32,000 nt of DNA from the NCBI RefSeq assembly GCF_000400465.1, contig NW_008806275.1, positions 369,656-401,655 on the forward strand, read 5' to 3'. Under the pieces are notes generated by a model. That model worked only from the letters and a program-made list of their open reading frames with translations. It was not told the DNA's origin and ran no database searches. The DNA is from Wallemia ichthyophaga EXF-994. Lineage: Eukaryota > Fungi > Basidiomycota. The position numbers and the translations under genes are program-made. Within the stretch, counting starts at the first letter, position 1, and each line of letters begins with the position of its first letter. Positions 13,444 to 26,322 of this stretch are shown here, one piece after another.

Positions 13444-15060
13444 ATGCAGCCAAGTGAAAATATCTGGTCATCAATTTTAGACAGCGTTTCCAATAGCCAA
13501 TCAAGGCTGCCTTCTAAGAATGTTCTCTTGTTAGGTGTGTCCTTATTATTCCCAGCTACAAAAGGCTGATTCTGTTTCGCAGGTCAAACTGGAAGCGGGA
13601 AATCATCTGTTATTTCACATCTTACAAACAAGCCAATCAATTCATCTCATAAAGATTACGGTTTAAGCGTAGAATATTCGGATGTACACGATATCGCTGA
13701 TGATGAAGTTATGGCTAGAATGTCCATCTACTCAATACCAAACTCAAATAAGATTTATACCGATTTAATTAAGCTTATTATTACCCCTGAAACTATTTCA
13801 GACCTTTTAGTCGTCATTCAGCTCGATTGGGAAAGGCCTTGGAGCTTTATTGATGATTTGAGCAGGTGGATTAGCTGGATTGATCTGCATATTAGCCATC
13901 TTAGAGGTCTCGATGACAAATTCAATTCTCTCCTTCAAGATCTTCAACTTAAGTTAAGGCGCTATCTTGAAAACTACACTGAACCTTCTTCAACCTCAGA
14001 TAATAAATCGTCAGTTACAAAACTCGCTATGGGCTTAGAAGATCCTCTCCCTCTTGATAAAAGTACTCTCACTCATAATTACTCTTCAATTCCACTCGTC
14101 ATTCTTTGTCACAAATCTGACACAATCGACAAAGCTCAAAACATAAAGAAGGACGGTTGGGCCACTGATGATAACGTCGAATGGATACAACAAGTTCTAA
14201 GGGGGATTGCCTTGAAGTGTGAGTTCTTCTACTCTCACTTTACTCTCTAACTATTATCAGATGGTGCTGCTATAGCCTATACCTCGATAAATAAGCCTGA
14301 AACTATCAATCTTGCACGTGAATATATCTACCATAGGTTATTTCAACCAGATGCTCAATCGCATGCACCGCGTTCATTCCCTTTCAATAGGCGAGCTGTC
14401 ATCGTTGAGCATGACGCCGTTTTCATTCCATCCGGATGGGATAGCTGGGGAAAGATTACAGCTCTGAGGGAAGGTATTAGTCCTACAGAAGATATAGTCA
14501 ACGAAGGATGGGATAACCAATTGAATGGCGATCAAGATGCACAACCCAAATCATCTAAAATCTTTCAAGACGTTATACACGATCCTACTAGATATCATTA
14601 CAATTTATCAACTCAACAGGACACAGAGCTCGTTGCAGAATCCGAAACAAACTTCCTTGCAAAGCATTTCGAGTCACTTTCCAAAGATCCACAAAGAGAT
14701 CCACGCAACACATTCAAGCAAGCCTCTAAACCTGAAAGCGTATCTTATGGCTCAGGTATAGTAGGTCCTATGGACAGTGATAGTTTGAATCTACCCTCAG
14801 TTGAGAGAGTAATGAGGAATGAGACAAGCGGTATTTCGGAAAACACGGAGAGCAATGACGCCACCAGCACACCATTCAAGCCCAAACTAAGCCACACACA
14901 CTCAATGAGCCACTCACAGCCATTCACCCCTACATCTACTAACAATCCACCTTCAAGCCAGTCAAATCAAGGAACTCCTTCAGCTATCGCTCCAAGTCAG
15001 CATGAAGTGTTACAGAACTTTTTCCAAAGCTTATTAAGTGCTAAGAAGACTGATAGTTGA
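13444..15060 (+). CDS. cytoplasmic dynein light intermediate chain
   Basis: NIWSSILDSV, P-loop GQTGSGKS, LDWERPWSF, WIQQVLRGIALKYGAA, FIPSGWDSWGKI, and C-terminal QHEVLQNFFQSLL helix; two introns. Confidence 0.92.
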
Positions 15061-15213
15061 TAACCAATACAAAAATGTAAAAATTGTTTTGCATGTTGTG
15101 CTTGCGAGTGTAAAATGATTAATAGTGAGGCGTGTGACTTACAGTGTCAACTAAACATAAATACATCTACAAAATGTGAACTATCCGATAGCGACTTGTT
15201 CATTCACCTCGAT

Positions 15214-16464
15214 ATGACCAATGATATCAAATCTGCCGAGAGCAACCTGGGCAAGCTGATGGCCAAAATGCAGTCAATTGATGGCGATAAGAATGCTGTA
15301 AGCGATTCTAAACCGAAGAGGAGCAACAAGAAGGACTCTAAACCGGCTGAGAAGGGTGGTTCGAAGAAGACACCCACGGCGAATAAGGATAAAGCCGATA
15401 AGACAGACAATAAGAATAGAAAGCAGCAGACCCAGCCGAAGCAGCAGAAAGCAACTCCTTCACCCTCAAAACCCAAAGAAGAAGCCAAACCAACCAAAAA
15501 GCGTAAGTTAGAGCAGTCTGGAGAACAAAAGAATGTGAATAAGGGCGATAAGAAGAAGGCTGAGAAGATTGAAGGCGATGGGAATACCTCGTTACAAGCT
15601 AAAATGAAGAAAAGCTTATCAGGTGCTAGATTCAGGTATGCATCATATGCGCATTTCTGCGTCCAAATCTGACGTATCCAGGTGGATAAATGAGACGCTA
15701 TACACGACTGATTCTCAAGAGGCGCATGAATTGATGCAGGATGATCCTAGTATCTTCAACGAGGTGCGCATCGCTTCTCCAACGACAAAAAAGCTAACAG
15801 CAGTTCAAACAGTACCACGAGGGATTCGTAGAGCAGACAAAGTCTTGGCCTCAAAACCCTGTTGAAGTGATCGCCAAGTCGCTCTCATCGCTTCCTACAA
15901 GTTCTACTCTGATCGTTGATCTGGGATCGGGCCCAGCCACGCTTGCCAAAGCGTTACCGAAGCACAGGGTGTTATCATATGACCTGGTTGAAGCTGAAAA
16001 TGGAGCTGTCGTCGAATGCGATATCGCGAAGAAAGTTCCGCTGCCTACAGCCTCAGTCGACAGGGTCGTCTTTTGCCTTAGCCTTATGGGATCAAATTGG
16101 GTTGGAGCTATCACTGAGGCCGAAAGAATACTCGTCGCAAAGTAAGGTTCCCCAGCTCACAACTTTAGACAGCTGACCAAGGCAAACAGGGGCAAAGTGC
16201 ACATTGCCGAAGTGAAATCGAGATTCTCAAGCATAAATGAGTTTGTAGAACTAGTCTCGCACTTCGGACTTAAGCTCGTTGACAAGGTGGGTTTTGCTTG
16301 GCACTATCATGTGATATCATTGACGACTCGCATAGGATGAGTCAAACACCCACTTCGCCAACCTGGTGTTCACCAATGGCGGCAAAAAGGACATGGTAAA
16401 CATGAAGGAGCTAACGGACAAAGGGAAGAATATTTTGAAGCCTTGCTTGTATAAAAGACGCTAA
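15214..16464 (+). CDS. RRP8: 25S rRNA m1A methyltransferase
   Basis: Lys-rich N-terminus, LSGARFRWINETLYT, YHEGF..WPQNPV, VDLGSG, FCLSLMGSNW, AEVKSRF, C-terminal LKPCLYKRR; four introns. ATG 15214 preferred over 15115. Confidence 0.95.
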
Positions 16465-16483
16465 TATGAATGCACGTTGAATC

Positions 16484-16702
16484 TGCCAAGAAAATTAGGT
16501 ACGCGTACCCATTCACCGCAAATAGTCGTGGCGCAAAAAGAGTAGTCGGAATTGATATGAACAAGGTTATATCAAGCTGCGTATCTCTTCGGTCACTCTT
16601 CCTACTTTTAATTTAGTAACCGTGAGAACCAGCTGACACCCTTTGACTCTAATCACTCAAGCTTCATAACCGCCAAGAGCTCAGAATTATATTACAGCCA
16701 AG
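16484..16702 (+). promoter_or_regulatory. ENA promoter with three GCCAAG (Rim101/PacC-type) sites and one GTGGCGCA (Crz1 CDRE-type) site
   Basis: TGCCAAGA 16484-16491, GCCAAGA 16672-16678, GCCAAG 16697-16702; GTGGCGCA 16528-16535 matches GNGGCKCA. Confidence 0.5.
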
Positions 16703-16707
16703 CAATC

Positions 16708-19700
16708 ATGCGGTCACTCCGAGAATCTTTCTCATCTGCAACCACCATGTTCGCAAACAAACCAAGTGAAACTTTGTCATCAACGGAGAAATCTGACCAA
16801 AGTGGGCGATGAGTAGACTGGATGATACGTGGCTAACATTTCTAAAGCACCAGCTCATGTCAGAGACTCATCCGATATCCTCCATGAACACAACGTCGAT
16901 CCCCTGCTCGGGCTTTCTTTCGGTAGGGTCGATCAGCTGCAGAAGGAATTCGGACCCAACAGATTAAAACCCCCGCCCAAACCATCTTTGCTGAAGATAT
17001 TCGGTACTCAGATCGGAAATGCTGTAAGTTGCACGCTCGCCTTGCCTCTTAATCTCATATGTCGTCATTGTAGATGACACTCGTTCTGATAGCTGCAATG
17101 GCTGTCTCCTTTGGTACACAAGACTGGATTGAAGCAGGCGTCATTGCTGCTCTCGTTATCCTCAACGTCACTGTCGGATTTACCCAGGAGTGGAAGGCTG
17201 AAAAGACTGTTGCTGCCCTCGAAAGTGTGGGTAAATAATACATGCTAATAACTTGTCTAACTCATAAAACAGGTAGGAAGTCCTACCGCTGTTGTCGTAC
17301 GGCACGATGCTTCAAACAAAGGTCATGAAGGAAAAATTATCGATGTTCAAACCGACGAAGTTGTTCCAGGCGATATTATGATGGTTAAAATTGGAGATGT
17401 TATTCCTGCTGATGGAAGAGTTATTGCCAATCACATATCCAACCTCGAAGTAGACGAAGCCTTATTGACTGGTGAATCTCTACCCGTCGCTAAGCAAACT
17501 GAAACACTCGATGACAAAACATGCCCTGTTGGTGATCGTCTTAACATGGTTTTCTCCGGTAGTCAGGTGACAAAAGGTAGAGCTAGATGCGTAGTCACTT
17601 CAATTGGAATGAATACTGAGCTTGGTTCTATATCTGAAGCTTTGGCAACAAAAGCTGATTCTAAAAAGCGCGGTTGGAGAAGATTTTGGGAGAAAACGCA
17701 GGTTTTCTTAGGTGTAAAGGGTACAACCCCACTTCAAATAAAATTGAACAAGTTGGCCTACTTGCTTCTTGCATTAGCAATCATATTTGCCATCGTCGTC
17801 GTCAGCTCAACTGGATACGTTGACATTCCAGATTCCACGGCAACTTATGCAGTTGCTACTGCTATTTCTGTTTTGCCTGCTTCGCTCATTGCTGTAGTTT
17901 CGCTAACACTTGCAACATCTTCAAGAGAGTTAGCTAAGAGGAACGCATTAGTTCGTAAGATGGATGCAATCGAAACGTTGGCAGGTGTAACAGATATCTG
18001 TTCAGACAAGACTGGTACTATCACTGTCGGAAGAATGGTTTTAAAGAAGGCTTGGGTGCCTTCACGTTCTGAATCAACGGACACCAAAGTCGGACAAATC
18101 TATGCCGTTGAATCGGGTAAAGATCCTTACTATCCAAGAGGCACAATACAAGCACAAGATAACAACGCCGACGACAATGAGAGTGACGTATCAGATAGCG
18201 ACGTCGTTCATGTAAATGAATTGGATTCTTCATTTCAGGAACTCGTTCAGTCGGCTGCACTCAACAATATGGCAACAATATCAGCTGGTGATGAAGGAGG
18301 CGAATGGGACGCCAAAGGGGATCCAACAGAGATTGCCTTACAAGTGTTCTCTCATAAGGCTGGTCATGGTAAACCTCATTTGACACATCAACCTAAGCAT
18401 AGAGCAAAGAAGGAAGATCATCCTGCGCCTAGGGCTGATGTAAAGGGTCACTTTGAGATGTTAATCGAACATCCCTTCGATTCATCTATCAAAAGAATGA
18501 CTACTGCATGGAAATTCGTTGATGCTCAGAATGCCGACGATTCCAAGCAACATGTCTTCATTTATATGAAAGGTGCAGTCGAGAGGGTGCTAGAAAGATG
18601 TACACATGTTTCAATAGGTGATAAATCAATTGAGATGACAGAAGATGCCAAAGATGACATCATAAAAAAGATGGACCAGTTGGCAGCTGAAGGATTGCGT
18701 GTTTTGGCTCTTGCTGGTAGAACGGACCGTCTTTCCAATGCTCAGACTGTGAAGGAAACTAAGAGAGACGATGTAGAAAAAGGGTTTGGTCTGTTAGGCT
18801 TAGTTGGTATATTTGATCCGCCAAGACCTGAGTCTAAAGGGGCTGTCTACGATTCAAGGCGAGCATCGATAGTCGTAAGAATGCTTACGGGTGACCATGC
18901 AGCAACAGCCGCATCGATCGCGATGTCAGTGGGCATCCTAGATAAGAATCACTCCAAATCTGCTGTAATGACTGGCCAACAATTCGATGCAATGACTGAT
19001 GAAGAGGTAGATGCACTTGAAGAGCTCCCCGTGGTGGTAGCGAGATGTGCTCCTGAAACTAAGACTGGATTCGTTGATGCCTTACATCGTCGAAAACGTT
19101 TAACTGTTATGACTGGCGACGGTGTGAACGATTCACCTGCCCTTAAGAGAGCCGATGTTGGAGTTGCAATGGGACTCAATGGCTCAGATGTTGCAAAGGG
19201 TGCTGCCGATATCGTTCTGGCAGACGACAACTTCTCTACTTGTGTTCGTGCAGTCAGAAAGGGTAGATCGGTTTTTACAAACTTATCAAAATTTTTAGTC
19301 TACTTACTTGCTGGTAACGTTGCGGAGGTCTTGGTGTTGCTTATCGGGTTGGCTATTCGTTCTGACGGCAATGCTGTCTATCCTATCTCACCAGTTGGTG
19401 CACTGTAAGTAGTAAACTTGATGCGTGGATTGTCTGACAAACCGCGAAGCGTAATAAACACTCTTACAATCGGTCCAGTAGCTTTCGCGCTCGGTATCGA
19501 ACCAACAGCAGACGACACGATGCTTCAACCACCTAGCAACTTCTTCACTATATTCACACCTACATGGTTCCTGGATCTATCCTCTTATGGATTTGTTTCG
19601 GGTGCACTCTGTTTTGCTAATTACATCATCGTCATCTATGCAAGAAACGACGGTAATGAAGATGTCTCTGCCAATTGCAATGAGGGTGCTGTCAACAGTG

Positions 19701-20145
19701 AATGTGAAGTCATATACAGAGCAAGAGCTGCAGCATATGCCTCACTATTGCTCATGCTGATGATCCTTGCATTTGGCTGCAAACATACAACTCGCAGTGT
19801 TTTCAAGATGAATCTGCTTGACAACAAGCTCCTCATTTGGTCAGCTGGGCTGCTATCGCTCAGTGTCTTCCCGGTTATCTACATTCCTGGTAAGTGCCTC
19901 TCTCAATGATATCACATATCTCATTACGTTAATTAGTGATCAAAGATCGTGTCTTCCAGGTCACTGGTATTGGATGGGAATGGGGAATGATTGCAGCAAC
20001 CGTTTTGATATTCTTCGGGTACTTGGAATTATACAAAGCTATAAGAAGGTTATATATTAGAAGATCTATCAAGAAAGCTGATGTGGAGAATTTCAATGAA
20101 AAGGAAATTCGACTTGCACCAACAATGGAACCTAAAACTATTTAA
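16708..20145 (+). CDS. ENA1: ENA-type (P2D) Na+/K+-exporting P-type ATPase
   Basis: TGES, M4 LPASL (P2D-type rather than PEGL), phosphorylation site ICSDKTGT, GDPTEIALQVF, MKGAVERV, MLTGDH, TGDGVNDSP; five GT-AG introns. Confidence 0.9.
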
Positions 20146-20201
20146 ATAAATTTCGTAATGTATTTAAAGTTGAAGCAATTGAATCTCTTATACGCACCTT
20201 C

Positions 20202-23200
20202 ATGGGTACGGAGATAGCTAGAGCGGAAAGCTTAAACTGGGTGGATTTCAAACACTTTCTCAATAATGAATTAGTCGATAATTGCATGGAATCAGAGATA
20301 ATTGAATTGCTGAAGAAATCGCAATCAATTGAATCTCCTTTATCAATCAAGTATACTTACATCTACAACAAGCTCATTATTTTCAACAAAAATCTTCCTT
20401 TTTTAACTCAAAGCGTCTCAAAAAAAACTTGGAAAGCTTTATTGAAGCGTCATGGCTATGACGTCGTTACGCGTAATCTTGCCAACATGTCTACCAGAAT
20501 ACCATTGTATGTCTTGCAAGATTACATTAGATCAACGCAGAACATTCATCTTTTGCATCCAAGTAACCACCACTTAGCCGCGTACGGTGACTACAATTAT
20601 TATACATTACTCGCCAGTATAGCTATTAGATCGTCTGGCGATATCGACGTGGCGCGTAAGTGTTTCCAATTACTCGACGCTCACAGGCAAGATACTCATC
20701 AGAGCAAGTTCATAAGATACGATGAAGGTCTTTTGAGCTTTTTTATAACCATCTCCAAATTGTGGCGCAAGAATCAAGACAATGACGATATCACAAAGCT
20801 TTTGGGAGAGGTTTTGACACAAGCTGACATAAATATCCTAAACACGACGAACGTTATTGCGAATGCTGTTATCAAGTTACTCAAATCATTCCCCATTCAA
20901 TCCCGTTTCAAATATCTCCACAAAATAGAAAAGAGGATCTCGCTCGCGATGACAATAGACGGTCAGCTCCTTCCAGGTATAACCTACAATGATACACCAC
21001 AATTTGAAGGTTTTAGTATTTCCATACTTTACTTCCTACCACGTAAAATTTCACTACCGCTGCTCGAAAACATAAAGCTTGGAATATTACGAACAAGTTA
21101 CGCAACTGGCATACCTTCAAGTCTCAATAAGAAGCTGTCACCTTTGATGGAAATAGACAAAGAATCATACATCAACGGATACAAAATCGCAATATTAGCT
21201 AGGGACAACAATAAAACTCATCTGATTCATGGCAAGGACTTAAAAAGCGACAAATTTACAAGGGACATCATAAACAATGTCAGAGATCGATGTAAAACAG
21301 CATCAGATAGAGAATTACGAAGGAGGCTTGTTAGCAAGCTGCTGCTATACTCGGCTCTAAGCAATACGGAACTATATAACTCTCTGAATTGGGCTTTGGG
21401 TCGCTTTGTTAACGATGACCTGATAAGGAGTGAACTACTTGCTGGATATAATGGCTTTGAGTGAGTCTGATGCTTTATATAACTCCGAGCTTACATAAGC
21501 GAATAGTTATGGCATGGTTGATCATTATCTACACTTCTTTGACGAGCTATCAGGCTTAGCAGCGATTCAAGGTCAGTTATTTGTGTATTTGAAAGCAAAT
21601 ATTAACAAGATTCTAGGTTTGGGACAAGATGTTCCAGTAAATAGGCAGCACGTTCGTGCATCTATACTTCAAGCTGCTGATACTGGTAATAAGCTACTGA
21701 AGAAATACCTGGAAGTTGCATCACACTCTTCAGAGAAGTTGTCTGAGTTCGCAGTCGAAGAATACGACAATCTATCAATGCTACTTCTTGGAGTACTCAA
21801 TAAAAGATTTGAGCTTATTGAAAGGCTGAGGAAGTTGCAATACGGTAAGGAAGCCTTTGCAGAATTTGTGGGCAAGCTACTTGAACCAATTAAAAAGCTT
21901 TATGGGGAATGGCTAGTAAACAAACTCAGTGCTAAAAAAGGCTCTGCAATTTACCAACCAGCCAATCCTCCAATCATGCTTGTCCAACCGCACGACGTAC
22001 TCCAACTTTACGATTCACAAATTGACATCACTCAAGTGCTTCATCTGCCACCATCAATACTTGGTGCAATAGTAGCATGTGAATTCATCGATACATTGGC
22101 TGAATATATGCAAAAAATCCGCGATGAGCACCCTTCCAATGCAAATGAACCCACCAAAACCTGCTATTATTCCAAGATACCATTTGTCATCTCAGTTCCA
22201 GAAACACGTAAACCACTTGGAAAGCGTTTGCGGCGCCTATTTGAAGATTATACACCATATTTGTCAGCAATTGCCCAGGAGGAATTAAAAAATGTTAACG
22301 GGTACCTGCTTCAGACTGAGTGGTTGAGAAGTGCTTTTGGAATCAACTTTTGGTACAAAATGCTGCAGAAAATTGGTAAACGCGAGAGGACGACTGTGTT
22401 AACTAGTACATTAAAGTCTCTTGCCGATCAGATGTCAAATACTAAAGCCAATGTTCTTGATTACTTTTATGCTGTCGTTGGTCTAGCAGCACCAGACCGT
22501 TGCTATGACATGACGGAGTTTCTCTGTTACTTACATTCTTGCGATACTAAATTGTTTCTAGAGCAACTCGACATTGATGACATTCTCAATGATACTGGAA
22601 TCTTTATTGAAGCAACTATTAAAGAGGAGTAAGGATTGAAATTTGCTTTGTCTTATTATTGACGTCTTCTTAGATACATAAACATGTATCAGGACAATCA
22701 ATGGCCAACAAATCCTTACCAAGTCGTCTCAAAAGTATTTACGCTGCTTAATTGTCAACCATACAGGGCCGAAAGATTAAGATGCAACCGAATCTCTAAA
22801 TGCCTGAGCACGAACTTTCAACAAAAGCTAGCTGAATTGTCTACGCATAGTCTCGCTTCTGCGGTGAATGTCAATATCGAGAGTGACAAACTTGTTGCAC
22901 AAGACGCTTACTCAAATAGCAGTTGGTTCATAGGCATTAATCTGTTGGCAGGCAGTCGAAACGGAGCTAATCAGATGCATGTTCAAAGGATATTAACCAA
23001 GATGAAAGAGAACCAGGCTAATTATACTAAACAACAATGGTCGTCGATGTTAAAGGATTTAATAACAGTCTTGACGCCGGTCGGACTTCAAGCTCATGAT
23101 TCTATAATTGTCGAACTTATCGCAATTGCGAGAGATTCGGATCAAGTGCAAAGCCAGTTGAGATTGTTCAATGGTGGCTTATTAAGCACTATACCTGTCA

Positions 23201-24591
23201 GCAAAGCCAGACATTTCGTATTTAGATTATTTGACTTGATCGGAAAGAAAGAGATCCATAAGCTAACTACTATTAAGCTAATAGCAAGTGGTATGATGGT
23301 TCATGCGCAGTCAGTGATGACAGTAAAAGAAGTCTGTGAGCATTTGACAAGTATAGCCGATCAGGTTGATCATCCCAGCATTCAAGGATTCATCGTAAAT
23401 CAGTTGCTGAGAATGGTGAATAATGATCTTCCAATGAAAGTGATAGAGAACACGTTGCGATTAAACTTCAACACCATTATCAGCCAAATGGAACTCTCCA
23501 CTGAAATGATCTCATTGATCCGTGATACGTCAGTCGACTTTTCAGACATTCATTTGAAAAATATCACAGACAATTTAGATCTAGATGCAGGCAACAAACC
23601 TTTCGTAGAAGCAGTGTTTATGAGGACGCCCGAAGATATCCCTAATGGCTTCCGTCTAAAGTGGTTTCATTCTTTAGAACGTTTCGCTAATCGCTACATG
23701 GTGCGATTGGGTGTACTTGCTATCGCTTTTGGAGACAGAGTAAAGCTGTCGCATGCAGTCGCATGCCGAAGCGTCCCAACGCTATTCAAAAACTTTGCTA
23801 TTAGGTGGGAGAGTTTCTTCGATAAGGACTCAACACTGCTGGAGGTGATACTTCAAAGTTGCACGCGTCTTGTCTATGCACTTGATGAAGACTTAAAGTT
23901 GGGTTCTACTCAAAATGGAGCAATTATCGACAGCTTATTCAATTACTCAATTGATTTTGATCAGGAAGCTTTCAACTCATTCACTTGTCTTCATAGCTTA
24001 GATAGGAAGTCAGACAAATCTTCGAATACTTTTACCTGGCAAGTTTTAGGCATACTGGCGGCGCATATGAAGAAACTCGAGGTCTTGAGAGAACCTTTAA
24101 AGGCGCTAAAGCTAGCTCAATTTGTCCATGAGTGCCTTGATCATATGGCTGCGACGCTCATTGGTAGTTTGGAGGAAATTAAGTTCGTCATTGATACTTT
24201 AAGTCAAAGTAATGTTGGTGTTTTTTCTCAGCGTCTGTGTTTGCATTTATTAGTGAGTGACATATCAATATTTAATACTACTGACAGGAAGAAGGTATAC
24301 AAATCTGTTTTGTTTAACCAAAAGCTGGATGGCGGTCTGTCAGAAGTTCAAGACCATTTTCAAGATGAATATGTCGAAATTTTAGCTGAATATTACGCAA
24401 AGGTCTTTGACGATTTAACTGCCATCAAAGTCACAAACCAAGCTGTTGAGGCTGGAGTTTCAGATAAATCCATTTACGCTTATCTGAAACCATATACAGG
24501 AAGCGCGCTTGTGAAAGCACATACAAAGGAATTATTGTCAAATGACAAGTACAGGTATGTTGCCTCTAGATTACTTCTTCACAGAGTGTAA
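20202..24591 (+). CDS. large orphan protein (~1432 aa), predominantly helical-looking
   Basis: Three long ORFs join in frame via introns 21461-21506 (GTGAGT..AATAG) and 22629-22673 (GTAAGG..CTTAG). No motif recognised; termini uncertain (possible extra donor at 24588). Confidence 0.8.
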
Positions 24592-26322
24592 GGGAAACAC
24601 CAAACACTATAATCTTGTAGATTATTATCGTTGATTGTTTATTCCTCTTTTGAGACTCAACTGCGCTATACGTAACTGTGCAATCGCGAATACTACATAT
24701 GTAGCACACACCGGGAACCTCAATACCTTTCAAGCCTCTTCAGATCAGAAGGGAGACGACGGCGACATTTTAATTTGACGATCGAAATATGAATTTATGA
24801 CACAAGGTGATTCTACTGTTAGCTTAATGAATATCTTTTAATAGGTGTTAAACGAGGTTTTATCTATGTTGGAATCGGGTCTTCATTCATCAGAGCAGCA
24901 ATAATCCAACAACTAGCTGGTTCGTATTTCTAAAATCATTATGTTCTTCACCCCTGCACTTTCGATCATTTCAACCCTCTTCACGCGGTTGTCACACAGT
25001 AGCATGCTCAATGATGTACTTGCCCTAGCATTAAAGTCCCTGCAGGTTAGAGCAATACAGATATCATTCTGTAGTGATTGAATTTCCGACTAAATTAAGA
25101 ATAGTTCGATGGTGAATAGTGTTATTTAGCGCTCTGTTATATCCAGCTAATTGTGGAGTATCGCAGGAAGAGTAATTTGAGATTCAAAAATGTACCTTCG
25201 TACTATGATGCTCATTAAGAATTTAATGCAGCCTTAACCGCGTTCTCATTTCAATTATTAGAAATCTCGAAATTCACCTGGTGAAGCCAGTCGCGATTTC
25301 AGAGTTGGGCTGACCCTCAGTTTTCTTTGCATGAATTGTATTTCAAGAGGTTTGTTAAAAGCCTGAATGACACTACTTTTTCCTTGGAGCCAGCATTGAG
25401 TCGTTTGGACGCTAATTATTAGAAAACGTAAATTGAGTTTATAGAGCCAAATACTAGTGTTTTTTTCTGGGCTCTTATGGTCTCCATGATCCAAAGGAAT
25501 TCATTTCCATCCATTAATCCCATCAAATTCTCCAATTCTATCTTATAGCGTGCATCAGAGCAACGTCGAATTCCAACTTCCAAGCAGCCTACAGGGCGCC
25601 GTTGGAGGCTCAGGGATAAATCTTTGGTGATATTTTGTAAAACACATTCAGAGCTGTTTACGAAGCTTTTTTATTTGGAGATCGTCAAAACTCATAAATC
25701 ATCCATCTGAGATGAAGTAGGTGGTAGTCGGGAAATTCAACTCTGTGAATGTTCAGCGAAGGGTTGATGTTATGATATATTTGAGATGCTTTAGTGATTA
25801 TGAAAATGATAATTTTGCTAAATCATTCAATTGTCAGTATACAATATCTCTGCGATCGTCTTCTCACTTATTTGATCATTTGCAGTGTGTGCCTTGAGCA
25901 GATTTAAATCAATTGATTCCTTTGTAATGTTGAAATCGTCTCAAGGTATTAACAGAACTATTTAAAACGCCCTTTCATCCATAAACACATTTCGATGTCA
26001 TCAGATATGTAGATAAAAATCCTAGATTGAGCGTTTTTGGGGTGCAAAGAGAGAAATAAATCCAATAATACATCTAAGCAATCGTTAATGTACTGAATAT
26101 GCATATTAATATTCTCTATACATCCCTTACACAGTAATTTTATGACTAAGAGGCATCATCGAAGACAAAGATTGACCAAAGGAATCGATGAAATTTCAAG
26201 CACAAGAAGAACAAGAAGCAGCAGAAGCCCGGACAGATAGACAAGACGACTGGGATATTAACCACTTGGTCAAATAGACAACAATTCATTTTACTAAAAA
26301 TACACGCTCTATGTCAGCTCTG

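Noticed and set aside
15115-15213. Upstream in-frame start for RRP8 given in the ORF track
   Set aside because: The extra 33 codons look like AT-rich promoter sequence; ATG 15214 is more plausible, though not proven.
17845-19836. Short antisense or alternate-frame ORFs over ENA, and similar ones over other genes
   Set aside because: Shadow ORFs of real CDSs with no motifs or splice support.
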